Source: Capsulimonadales bacterium (GTDB lineage Bacteria; Armatimonadota; Armatimonadia; Armatimonadales; Armatimonadaceae). Taken from it: 64,000 nt of DNA. How positions within the stretch are numbered: the stretch's first letter is position 1; the number at the start of each line of letters is the position of its first letter. The notes beneath the pieces are model-generated. The model was not told the DNA's origin. It saw nothing but the letters and a program-made list of their open reading frames with translations, and did not search any database. The translations under genes were made by a program, and so were the position numbers. The stretch is taken from positions 1 to 64,000 of the forward strand of contig JANRLW010000009.1 of assembly GCA_033762295.1 (NCBI GenBank), in the 5' to 3' direction. This document shows positions 38,355 to 47,424 of the stretch, one piece after another.

Positions 38355-41300
38355 CTATTCCGGGCAGATGAAATAGTACGGGCAGGTCGGACAATCGGCC
38401 GTATCGGCGGGCGTCGGCGGAAACACCTTCAGGCGGATGCCGCGTAAAGCGCGGTCATACTGCTCGAGGTGACGGAGGCGGGTTTTCGGGCGATCGGGGA
38501 CCGCCAGTGTCTCACCGGACTGCAAAAACCGCAGGCGAAGGTCCGGCTTACCGCCCGGTCGCGCTTTGAGCGCGGCCTCGTACAGCAGCGAGTAGCGAGG
38601 GTCCCGGAGAATATCGCTGTTTTCGGGATCGGTCGGCGGTCGCCGGAACGTGTGGCATTCCATCGTCGCCCCGTCGGACGACACGAAATCCGGCCGGACC
38701 TCGATCGCTCCGTTTTCCAGTTCCAGCGTCAGCGATGCCGGTAAATCCTTCCGCCGGAACGGCGCGACGCCGCTCGCGGCTGCGATATTTCGCTTTACCC
38801 GCTGTACGATCTCTCCCGCCGCCTGCCGGTACAGTTCCGCGTGCGGGTGCGTTTCGTCCAGTCCGTGCTCCACCCAGGCCGCCTCCAGAGCCACCGCCGG
38901 GTCCGGGCTTTCCAGCGCTTCCTCGAGCGTTCGCTTGAACGCATCGTAGGCGGTTCTTTCGCCGGTCGGGACGTTCGCCACCTCCTGATAGAAGTAACGG
39001 CGCGGGCAGCGCAGATACAACTCCGCCTCGGATGCCCGGATCGGTCCGGTCGGCGCGTCATCGGCATGGAGCGTTGACTCGAAATCGACGGTTTCGCCGA
39101 CCGGTTCCGCCGAAGCTTGCGCATAGTGCGCGGAGACCGACCAGACCTCGTTCCGAATTCCCGGTATCCCGTTCAGCGACTTCAGAAGCGGTGACGGCCA
39201 CTCCGGACGGCTGCCGTATTTCAACGCTCGTGACAGAACGATATGATCCCGCGCACGTGTCAGAGCGACGAAAAACAGGCGCGATTCCTCCTCCAGCGAG
39301 CTTGCGCCCGCTTTTTCATCGCCCGGCACCGGCGGCAACAGCGACGGCCCCGGACGGGAGGGAAACTTGTTCTGCGAAAGGTTGGGCACATAGACGATCG
39401 GGAACTCCAGTCCCTTCGCGCCATGCACGGTCAGGAAACGAACGACATCGGCGCCTTCGTCGGTTTCCGGGTCGGCGAATGTCGTCCCCAGTCGCGCCAT
39501 CCGCCGCAGATGCCGTAAAAAGGCGCGTCGTGGCTCATCGTCCTCCTCGAGCAACGCCACCGATCGATCCCGGAACGCTCGCGCTAGCGCAAGGAGGCGT
39601 GCCGCACCCGCCGTGTCCTCCAGCGTTCGAATCCAGCCCGGTCGCCCCCAGAAGAGTTCCAGATAAAAATCGAGCGCATCGCTGCGATACGGCAATCCCT
39701 CCGGAAGCTGCGGGTGGCGTCGCCGGGCCGGTCCCGCCGGTTCGGCCGCACGGGAGAGCAGCGCGACCAGATTTCGGACATCCCGACGCGCCAGAAACCC
39801 ACCCTCCTCCATGCCGCCGGCCGTCGGTATTCCGCGCGCGGTCAGCGCCGCCCGCAACTGACGCGCCTGGTTGCGCGTACGACAGAGCACCACCTGATCG
39901 CGGAACGCATACCCTTCCTGTTCGACGAAGTATCGCATCGTGTTGGCGATCCCGTCCGCCTGCGCCCGGTCATCGTCCGCAATCGCCAGCGTGACCGAGG
40001 CCGCCGGTTCCTCCTTACGCGATGCCTTCCAGGTCGCCGCCCCTTCCCCGCTGACCACACCGAACAGTGTCACCAGTTCCGCGCGCGAACGGTAGTTCAT
40101 CGCAAGATCGGTCCGCTCTCCGTTCGGGAAATCGTTCCGAAACTGAGCGACATTGGCGGGGGAGGCCCCACGGAACTGGTAGATGCTCTGCCGCACATCG
40201 CCGACGCACCAAAGACCGTCGCCGTCGCCGGCCAGCAGTTGAACCAGCCGCGCCCCGGCACGGTTGACATCCTGATACTCATCCACGAGAATATGATGCC
40301 ACTGAGCGCGTTCCGCCGTCCGCACCTCCTCGTTCTCCTCGAGCAGGCGCAGGGTCCGGCAGATCAGATCGCTGTAGTCCATCGCCCCCTTGTCCCGAAG
40401 AATCCGCTCGTAGAACGCATACACCCGTGCGACGTCCCGCAACCGATCATCCCCCGCCGCCTCCGCCCGTTCGGCGAACTCCTGGGGAGACATCATCTCC
40501 TCCTTGACACGTGCGATCATCCGCAGAATATCGGGGAGCGGGAACGCCAGGTCATGAAGGTACTGCAGGGCCGTCAGCCCCAGGTGGGCGGCACGACGCT
40601 CCAGAAGGGCGCAGGCATCCGCCATTTCCAGCAGAACGGGGGTCGCCGGAAGCCCGATCACCGTGCCATGCCGACGCAGCATCTCCAATCCGTAGGCGTG
40701 GAACGTACTGATGGAGGCGCGACGCGCGACCTCCGGTGCGACCAGAGCGATCCGCTCCCGCATCTCCTCCGCCGCCTTACGGGAAAAGGTCAACGCCAGC
40801 AGGTTCTCCGGGGGAACGCCGCACTCCTCGGTCAGAAAAAGCACGCGGGCGGTCAGCGTTCGGGTCTTCCCCGTACCCGGCCCCGCTCCGACCAGCAGAG
40901 GTCCCTTCTCCGCACGCGCGGCCTTCTCCTGACTGGGATCGAGGGTCGTCGAGAGAGGAGCCGGTGGTACGACAGCGGACTCGTCGGTGTCCGGCGCGAC
41001 CGCCGGACTCTCCGTCAGACTTTCCGTCAACTGGGCAAAAACGAGCGCCGACGGCAGCCCCAGACGGGCAGCCATTCGGTGAGCATCCGTCCCCGCATCG
41101 AACAGCCGACGCGCCGACGATGCGGGTAAAAGGAACTCGCGGGCAAACACATTCGCCTCGGTTTCACGACGTTGTCGCGGACCGTACCCGATGTTAAGCG
41201 TCGATTCCGGTTCGGCGAAGTCCTCCTCACAGCAATGGCAGAGGATGCCTTTCTCATGGAGGTAGAAATGGGCGAGTTCATGGGCGAGATAGACCCGTCG

Positions 41301-41546
41301 CTCCGCCGGCAGGGCGTCGGCACGAACCCAGATCGCCCGGGCCTCCGGGTCCAGAACGGCATGCGCCCCGGAAAGCAGGGCATCGCTCGGGCGACGCGGG
41401 TAACAGCGCAGGCCCGCCACCTTCAGGGCGGTATTGAGAAGCTGCTCCGCCGGCGCATCAGCCTCCTCTCCCCTCGTTCCCAGGAGAAGGGCTCGTCGTT
41501 CCCGCGCCGCCGCACGCGCCGCCTGCCATGTGGTCGCCGCTCCCAA
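38355..41546 (-). CDS. ImmA/IrrE metallopeptidase - UvrD/PcrA SF1 helicase - AddB/Cas4-like Fe-S domain fusion (~1063 aa)
   Basis: AHELAH + ETEANVFAREFLLP; helicase motifs GPGTGKT, TFSRKAA, DEYQD, GDVRQSIY, NYRS, TVHGAKGLEF, FVALTRA; RCPRRYFY...CPTCPYYFICP. TTG start inferred 6 nt after TATAAT. Confidence 0.9.
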   Translation of the reverse strand: MGAATTWQAARAAARERRALLLGTRGEEADAPAEQLLNTALKVAGLRCYPRRPSDALLSGAHAVLDPEARAIWVRADALPAERRVYLAHELAHFYLHEKGILCHCCEEDFAEPESTLNIGYGPRQRRETEANVFAREFLLPASSARRLFDAGTDAHRMAARLGLPSALVFAQLTESLTESPAVAPDTDESAVVPPAPLSTTLDPSQEKAARAEKGPLLVGAGPGTGKTRTLTARVLFLTEECGVPPENLLALTFSRKAAEEMRERIALVAPEVARRASISTFHAYGLEMLRRHGTVIGLPATPVLLEMADACALLERRAAHLGLTALQYLHDLAFPLPDILRMIARVKEEMMSPQEFAERAEAAGDDRLRDVARVYAFYERILRDKGAMDYSDLICRTLRLLEENEEVRTAERAQWHHILVDEYQDVNRAGARLVQLLAGDGDGLWCVGDVRQSIYQFRGASPANVAQFRNDFPNGERTDLAMNYRSRAELVTLFGVVSGEGAATWKASRKEEPAASVTLAIADDDRAQADGIANTMRYFVEQEGYAFRDQVVLCRTRNQARQLRAALTARGIPTAGGMEEGGFLARRDVRNLVALLSRAAEPAGPARRRHPQLPEGLPYRSDALDFYLELFWGRPGWIRTLEDTAGAARLLALARAFRDRSVALLEEDDEPRRAFLRHLRRMARLGTTFADPETDEGADVVRFLTVHGAKGLEFPIVYVPNLSQNKFPSRPGPSLLPPVPGDEKAGASSLEEESRLFFVALTRARDHIVLSRALKYGSRPEWPSPLLKSLNGIPGIRNEVWSVSAHYAQASAEPVGETVDFESTLHADDAPTGPIRASEAELYLRCPRRYFYQEVANVPTGERTAYDAFKRTLEEALESPDPAVALEAAWVEHGLDETHPHAELYRQAAGEIVQRVKRNIAAASGVAPFRRKDLPASLTLELENGAIEVRPDFVSSDGATMECHTFRRPPTDPENSDILRDPRYSLLYEAALKARPGGKPDLRLRFLQSGETLAVPDRPKTRLRHLEQYDRALRGIRLKVFPPTPADTADCPTCPYYFICPE

Positions 41547-41645
41547 TAGCCCATTATATCGCTCCGCCGCGCGGAAAACCGCTGTTTGACTCCGTCCCGT
41601 TGGCGGCGATCGAGGACCGCCTGTACAATAGCCGGGTTTTCCGCC

Positions 41646-42635
41646 ATGCCGACGCCGATTATCCGTGTGGAATCGCTCCGCAAGACCTACCGTATCGCCG
41701 AACGGGCCGCCGGTTCCTGGAACGCGATCAAATCGCTGCTTCGACCGTCCTACCGTGAAAAGGTCGCCCTGGACGACGTCTCTTTTGAAATGCAGCCGGG
41801 CGAACTGGTCGGCTACATCGGACCCAACGGCGCGGGCAAATCGACCACCGTCAAAATTCTCGCCGGGATTCTGGTCCCCGATCGCGGCGTCTGCACCGTG
41901 CTCGAACGTGTCCCCTACGAGCGGCGAATAGAGCACGTCCGTCGGATCGGCGTCGTCTTCGGACAGAGGTCGCAACTCTGGTGGGACCTTCCGGTGATCG
42001 AATCGTTCGATCTCCTGCGGGAAATCTATCGCGTCGACAAAACCGCCTATGCTCGCCTGCGCGATGACCTGATTGCCCGCCTCGACCTTGGCTCCTTTCT
42101 CTCCGTTCCGGTCCGTCAACTCAGTCTGGGCCAGCGGATGCGCTGTGAACTGGCCGCCTCCCTCCTCCATGCCCCCGATCTGCTTTTCCTGGACGAGCCG
42201 ACGATCGGTCTGGACGCCGTCTCCAAACTGGCGGTCCGGGAGTTTATTCGCGACCTGAACCGGGAACGCGGGACGACGGTCATCCTGACCACACACGATA
42301 TGGATGATATCGAGGCTCTCTGTTCCCGTGTTCTGGTGATCGCCGACGGACACATCCTCTCCGACGGATCGCTGACCGCTCTCCGGACACAGGTGACCCG
42401 CGAACGATGGCTCACCCTCGATCTGGAGAACCCCGATACCTCCGTCACCGACCCGGCGGCGACCGTTATCAAACGGGAAGGCGACCGGGTGACGCTCGCC
42501 TTCGATCCGGAGACGATACCGGCGGCCACCCTGATCGCCCGGCTGACCGCCCGGGTCGGAATCCGCGATCTCTTCGTCGGCAATCCGCCGATCGAGGAGA
42601 TCATCGCTCGCCTGTACGGAGAACGCTCCCGATGA
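41646..42635 (+). CDS. ABC transporter ATP-binding protein
   Basis: GPNGAGKST, FGQRSQLWWDLP, LSLGQRMR, DEPTIGLD. Confidence 0.95.
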   Translation: MPTPIIRVESLRKTYRIAERAAGSWNAIKSLLRPSYREKVALDDVSFEMQPGELVGYIGPNGAGKSTTVKILAGILVPDRGVCTVLERVPYERRIEHVRRIGVVFGQRSQLWWDLPVIESFDLLREIYRVDKTAYARLRDDLIARLDLGSFLSVPVRQLSLGQRMRCELAASLLHAPDLLFLDEPTIGLDAVSKLAVREFIRDLNRERGTTVILTTHDMDDIEALCSRVLVIADGHILSDGSLTALRTQVTRERWLTLDLENPDTSVTDPAATVIKREGDRVTLAFDPETIPAATLIARLTARVGIRDLFVGNPPIEEIIARLYGERSR

Positions 42636-43438
42636 CCGGTCTATGGCCCTATTTTGCCCTTTTCTCGGCCCGCTTTCGGACCCTGATCCAGTACCGCGAA
42701 GCGGCGATCGCCGGCATGGCAACCCAGTTGTTCTGGGGTTTGATCAAAATCATGATCCTGGAGGGGTTCTACCACGGCACGACGCGGACCCCACCGATGT
42801 CGCTCGCGCAGGCCGTCACCTATACCTGGCTCGGTCAGGCGTTCCTCGCCATGTTGCCGTTCACCGCCAACCCCGATCCCGACGTCCGAAACATGATCCG
42901 CACCGGAGCCGTCGCCTACGAACTGGCGCGCCCGATCGACCTGTACTCCCTGTGGCTGTCACGGCAGTTCGCCGCCCGGACCGCGCCAACCCTGCTTCGC
43001 TGTGTTCCGATCTTTCTGATCGCCGTTCCTTTCCTTGGCATGGGGTTACCCCCCACCCTCGCCTCCGGAGCAGCGTTTGTCGTCAGCCTTGCCGGAGCGT
43101 TATGGCTCGTCTGCAGTTTCATGACGATCATCACGATCTCTCTGTTATGGACCATCTCCGGGGACGGAATCGCCCGACTCGTCCCGTCCGTCACTCTCCT
43201 TCTCTCCGGCCTCATCATCCCGTTGCCGCTGTTCCCGCCTGCCCTTCAAACGTTCCTGAAATGGCAGCCCTTCTCCGGCGTCGCCGATTCGCCTTTCCGC
43301 CTGTACTTCGGGCATCTTCCACCGGAAGCCCTGGGAGGCGTCCTGTTGCACCAACTGGCCTGGAGCCTTGTCTTTGTCCTGATCGGTCGCCTGTTGCTGC
43401 GGCGTGGCCTGCGGCTTTTGACGGTTCAGGGAGGCTGA
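42632..43438 (+). CDS. ABC-2 family permease (DUF990-like)
   Basis: QYR, IRTGAVAYELARP, LSG.IIPL..FP, ends VQGG; ATGA overlap with the ATPase gene. Confidence 0.9.
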   Translation: MTGLWPYFALFSARFRTLIQYREAAIAGMATQLFWGLIKIMILEGFYHGTTRTPPMSLAQAVTYTWLGQAFLAMLPFTANPDPDVRNMIRTGAVAYELARPIDLYSLWLSRQFAARTAPTLLRCVPIFLIAVPFLGMGLPPTLASGAAFVVSLAGALWLVCSFMTIITISLLWTISGDGIARLVPSVTLLLSGLIIPLPLFPPALQTFLKWQPFSGVADSPFRLYFGHLPPEALGGVLLHQLAWSLVFVLIGRLLLRRGLRLLTVQGG

Positions 43439-43448
43439 AGGAGAACCC

Positions 43449-44255
43449 ATGCGGAACGTCTATCTTCGGCTCTACGTTCGCTACGTCGCCGCCTCGGTGC
43501 GGGCGCAGTTACAGTACCGCGCCTCCTTTTTCATGATGACCCTCGGTCAGTTCCTCGCGATCGCGATCGAGTTTGCCGGAATACAGGCGCTGTTCGACCG
43601 GTTCGGCACGATGCGCGGCTGGTCGCTGCCGGAGGTGGCGTTGCTCTACGGCATGGCCAATACGGCCTTCGCCCTGGCCGATATGTTCGGACGGGGTTTC
43701 GACCAGTTCGGAACGATGGTGCGGAGCGGAGATTTCGACCGTCTTCTGCTGCGTCCGCTTCCGACGGCGTTCCAGTTACTGGCGCAGGATCTGGTGCTGA
43801 TGCGGCTCGGACGAATTCTTTGCGGACTGCTCGCCCTGAGTTGGGCGATGGGGCAACTGGCCATTACGACGGATGCCGCCAAAATCGTTCTGCTCCTGTT
43901 TTCGCTGCTCGGCGGCGCCTGCGTCTTTTTCGGGCTGTTCGTTCTTCAGGCGGCCTCGTGCTTTCGGACGATCGAAACACTGGAGATCTGGAGTACGGTC
44001 ACCTACGGGGGAGTGGAGGCGGCGCAGTTCCCGATGCCGCTCTACCGATCCTGGATGCGGGACCTGTTTACGTTCATTGTCCCGCTCGCCTGCCTGAACT
44101 ATCTGCCGGCAAGCGTCCTTCTCAACCGGAGCGCCGACCTCGGGGTTCCTCCGATCCTGGCATGGACCTGCCCGATCATCGGCTTTGTGTTTCTGGCAAT
44201 CAGTCTGCGGGTCTGGTCGTTCGGCGAACGGCACTACCTTTCGACCGGCAGCTGA
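43449..44255 (+). CDS. ABC-2 family permease (DUF990-like)
   Basis: QYRASF, GWS..EV, GDFDRLLLRP, ends YLSTGS. Confidence 0.9.
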   Translation: MRNVYLRLYVRYVAASVRAQLQYRASFFMMTLGQFLAIAIEFAGIQALFDRFGTMRGWSLPEVALLYGMANTAFALADMFGRGFDQFGTMVRSGDFDRLLLRPLPTAFQLLAQDLVLMRLGRILCGLLALSWAMGQLAITTDAAKIVLLLFSLLGGACVFFGLFVLQAASCFRTIETLEIWSTVTYGGVEAAQFPMPLYRSWMRDLFTFIVPLACLNYLPASVLLNRSADLGVPPILAWTCPIIGFVFLAISLRVWSFGERHYLSTGS

Positions 44256-44261
44256 CCGCCC

Positions 44262-45212
44262 TCACCCGGCATGGTCGTTCAGTTCCAGAACCGCTTCCTC
44301 GACCGCGCGCGTGCGATGGAGGACCTGACGAACGGTCGTACGCAATCCTTCGACGTCCGGCGCTGTCAACGTCACCGGCGTGGCGTCCACACGGGCAAGC
44401 GCGGCCTGTGCCAGAGATAACGCCTGACAGATCAGTTCCTCCTGAGCCTCCAGACGGGCCAGCAGAGGGTCCAGCCCGCGAAGCGCCTCCAGCCGCTCCT
44501 GACAGATCTCCAGCGACTGATGATAGGAGCGGCGGGCGACCGGGTCCGTCGCCCGATCGAGTCGCGCCTGCAGACGTAACAGTTCCGCCTCGGTTCGGGC
44601 CAGCGCACCGTCCTCCATCAGACGCGCCACCTGCTGACGGTGAACGGCGATCCGGTAGTGATCCGCGAGCAATGCGTTACACTCACGAAGCATCTCCTGC
44701 CGCAAAGCCGGGTTTCCTCCGGCTCCGGCGACGGGAGCGGACGCCAGCTGCACGATCACATCGCCGTAAAGACGCTCGGCCCGCGTTTCACCCGACCGGA
44801 GAAACGCCTGTCGCACCTCATTTTCGAGCGGAACCAGGTTGCCGCGCAGACGGGGGGTGGGCAGACCGCGCCCCTGCTCGACCATCCCGGCCATCGTGCC
44901 GATGCCGGCCAGTCCGATCGGCAGTGCCGAAAGCATCGTCGTCGCCACCGGCCCGACCAGGTTGAAACACGCATTCAGGTACAGGAAGACGATGAAAAGC
45001 GCACCGATGAAGGAGACCACCGTCCAGGCAGGATCGAGCCGATCACCCGACGAGGTCGTGATCGATCGGGACGTTTCCGAAACGGGTTTCTCTGTGGATC
45101 GGATGACGGCAGAAGCGTCGGCGCTTCGGGTCCGGGCGACATAGGACCCCACTCTGGCGGTGATGCGCGGGTCTACCTGTTCCCAGCGTATCTGCTCCCG
45201 GCGAAACAACAT
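44262..45212 (-). CDS. Hypothetical 2-TM protein with helical/coiled-coil C-terminus
   Basis: Two hydrophobic segments then a long amphipathic helical region; start uncertain. Confidence 0.65.
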   Translation of the reverse strand: MLFRREQIRWEQVDPRITARVGSYVARTRSADASAVIRSTEKPVSETSRSITTSSGDRLDPAWTVVSFIGALFIVFLYLNACFNLVGPVATTMLSALPIGLAGIGTMAGMVEQGRGLPTPRLRGNLVPLENEVRQAFLRSGETRAERLYGDVIVQLASAPVAGAGGNPALRQEMLRECNALLADHYRIAVHRQQVARLMEDGALARTEAELLRLQARLDRATDPVARRSYHQSLEICQERLEALRGLDPLLARLEAQEELICQALSLAQAALARVDATPVTLTAPDVEGLRTTVRQVLHRTRAVEEAVLELNDHAG

Positions 45213-45474
45213 CGCGCTTCGGCCCTCGCTTCCTGCGGTGATTTTTGTCAGCTTTCTCCGGCAGCGCCCTGCCTGTTCCCCGGATCGGACTCCATTAAAG
45301 GACTCTCGATCGGGGTTGGCGGTTCCTGTCCGGGGCCTGTACCCTTGCAGTTCCGTATACCTATATCGGTCGATACGAAAACAATGCTCAAGGGATTCTC
45401 CAACAATTAAACGCAAACCACCCGGCGGTAGTTCTCCATTATACAGCGGTCGGACGGAAGAGAAAGCGGAAAAA

Positions 45475-46197
45475 TCAGGATCGTTCGCGATCCAGTACCA
45501 GCAGGGTTCCACCGGCGACCAGACCCGGGAGCAGGAAGACCCCGACGAACGGAATCAGGGTGAGGAGACCGGCCACCAGCGCAAAGGACAGCGTTCGCGC
45601 GTCCGGCGGACGGAACAGGAACGGCAGCTGCCGTCCCAGCGTCATTCCGCGCCGCAAACAGGTCGGCGCGGTAAAATCCAGCAGACCGATCACCCCCGCC
45701 GCAACCACACCCGGAATCGGACCGAGCCAGAGCCCGAGAACGAAAGCCGTCAAACCGAGCGTCAGATTCAACGCCAGACGTCCCAGGACGTCGGCGAAAA
45801 GAGCACCCCCTTCCGGCGGAAGGGCGGTCGGCCGTTCCGGGCGCACCTCCCGTTCCGTCGCCTCGGCGATCGATTCGTACACCATACCGAAAAAGACGCC
45901 CCCGAACAGCGTGAAAAGGAAGGGGAAGAGCAGGAGCCAGAGGACGATGGCCGCCCCGGAGACCAGGGGGGTCAGCCAGCCGCTGCCCGGTAGACCGGAG
46001 AGCAGCGCGGCCAGATGAGGCAACAGAAAGATGCCGCCGAGTATTCCCAGCGTCATATACACGAACAGCGTCAACAGCACCGGACCAAAGCAGTATTTCC
46101 ACAGCCGGGGCGTTCGCATTACCAGAAATATTCCGCGAAAAGCATCCATAGTTCTTCGCAGTTCAGACACACGAACCCCCGGCTCTGTTGCCCGCAT
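45475..46197 (-). CDS. EI24/CysZ-like membrane protein
   Basis: LWKYCFGPVLL, YESIAEATE, LIPFVGVFLLP..VAGGT. Confidence 0.75.
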   Translation of the reverse strand: MRATEPGVRVSELRRTMDAFRGIFLVMRTPRLWKYCFGPVLLTLFVYMTLGILGGIFLLPHLAALLSGLPGSGWLTPLVSGAAIVLWLLLFPFLFTLFGGVFFGMVYESIAEATEREVRPERPTALPPEGGALFADVLGRLALNLTLGLTAFVLGLWLGPIPGVVAAGVIGLLDFTAPTCLRRGMTLGRQLPFLFRPPDARTLSFALVAGLLTLIPFVGVFLLPGLVAGGTLLVLDRERS

Positions 46198-46225
46198 TTC
46201 TGCGGTTCCGACGAAATCCTTCGGA

Positions 46226-46750
46226 TTATTCGCAGCAGGAAGGCCCCGGCGACGCCGTTTTTTCCCGTCCGATGTTCAAGGACAGCGTGACCGGCGCAGC
46301 GACCGTCCCCCCGCAGCAACCGGTTTCCGCTTCCCGTCCGTGGGTGTCGAAATGGTCGTCCTCCGTCTCATTCATTTCATCCAGAAGCGCGTACACCTCC
46401 CAGGAATTGCCGTCCGGATCGGTGACCCAGACCTTGTCCTGGCGCGCAAAACAGCAGACGGTATCGCCCTCGCGGAAAACGACGACCCCCGTGCTCTCCA
46501 GGCGATCCTTCGTCGCTGCCACTTCCTCGGTCGAATGAACCACGATGCCGAGATGGGACAGCGTACCGGCTCCGGCCGTCACCTGACCCTGCTGCATCGC
46601 CAGTTTCAACGGCGGGTTCTCGATATCGAAGTTGGCATAACCCGGACGACGTTTGTGAGCGGAAACCCCGAAAAACGCCTCGTAGAAAGCGACCGCACGG
46701 TCGATATCGTGTACGTTCAGGGAAATATGGGTTTTGGCAATCGTATTCAT
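46226..46750 (-). CDS. ArsI/CadI-family VOC metalloenzyme
   Basis: HISLNV, GYANF, HLGI, TVCCFARQDKVWVTDPDGNSWE with a vicinal Cys pair; Cys-rich tail. Confidence 0.9.
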   Translation of the reverse strand: MNTIAKTHISLNVHDIDRAVAFYEAFFGVSAHKRRPGYANFDIENPPLKLAMQQGQVTAGAGTLSHLGIVVHSTEEVAATKDRLESTGVVVFREGDTVCCFARQDKVWVTDPDGNSWEVYALLDEMNETEDDHFDTHGREAETGCCGGTVAAPVTLSLNIGREKTASPGPSCCE

Positions 46751-46778
46751 CGGACTCACTCCGGCACGGCCCCGGCGG

Positions 46779-46873
46779 TATTTCGCCATTGCGGCGAATG
46801 GGCTTGCCCTGTACCGATCATAACACCCGGACTTCCGGGGCGTCAAGATATATTTCGTCATTTGGCGAAATGT
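46779..46873. promoter_or_regulatory. Two ArsR-type operator palindromes
   Basis: TATTTCGCCATTGCGGCGAATG (46779-46800) and ATATTTCGTCATTTGGCGAAATGT (46850-46873). Confidence 0.7.
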
Positions 46874-46934
46874 TTTTTTTTCGGAACACGACAGCGACCG
46901 GTTCCGAATTCTTGCGGGAAGGCATCACGAACGA

Positions 46935-47321
46935 ATGGCCGAATACTACCACGATACGGATCTGCAACGGTTGCCGGAAATGGGCAAGGAAAGCCCGGAC
47001 CTGATGCACCGCTTTCTGGAATATTACGATGAGTGCCTGAAGGAAAATTCGCTGAGCAAGCGGGAAAAGGCGCTGATCGGTCTGGGCGTTTCTCACGTCG
47101 TCCAGTGTCCTTATTGCATCGACAGCTTTACGAAACTCTGCCGGGAAGCGGGATTGAGCCGACCGGAGATGACCGAGGCCGTCCATGTTGGCGCGGCCGT
47201 TTCGGCGGGCGCCACCATCAGCCACGGCCTGCAGATGATTCAAATTCTGGACCGCGAAGAGGACGACTCGGGAGACCGGGAGAGTTCCGCTCCGGAACCG
47301 TCCGGAGGAGCGCCCGAATAG
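46935..47321 (+). CDS. CMD/AhpD-family protein (arsenosugar-biosynthesis-associated peroxidase-like)
   Basis: EYYH..DL, LSKREKALI, VVQCPYCID, EAVHV.A...GATISHGLQM. Confidence 0.85.
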   Translation: MAEYYHDTDLQRLPEMGKESPDLMHRFLEYYDECLKENSLSKREKALIGLGVSHVVQCPYCIDSFTKLCREAGLSRPEMTEAVHVGAAVSAGATISHGLQMIQILDREEDDSGDRESSAPEPSGGAPE

Positions 47322-47356
47322 GGGTATTTCGCCGCGGACGAAGAACAAGAGCGAAA

Positions 47357-47402
47357 AGAGCGAAACCGCGCCGAAGAGTTCTTCGGCGCGGTTTCGCTTT
47401 TC
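47357..47402. terminator. Bidirectional intrinsic terminator
   Basis: AGCGAAACCGCGCCGAAGA/TCTTCGGCGCGGTTTCGCT stem with A-rich and T-rich flanks. Confidence 0.85.
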
Positions 47403-47424
47403 CGGAGGGACCGAAACGGACCCG

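Noticed and set aside
38355..39030. Cas4/CRISPR association of the helicase C-terminal domain
   Set aside because: The Fe-S staple is shared with AddB-type domains, the catalytic Lys motif is missing, and there is no array or cas1/cas2.
41547..42722. First 392 aa of the 1455-aa ORF in the track
   Set aside because: It is mostly the antisense shadow of the ABC ATPase (41646-42635). The real helicase fusion most plausibly starts at TTG 41546, after TATAAT.
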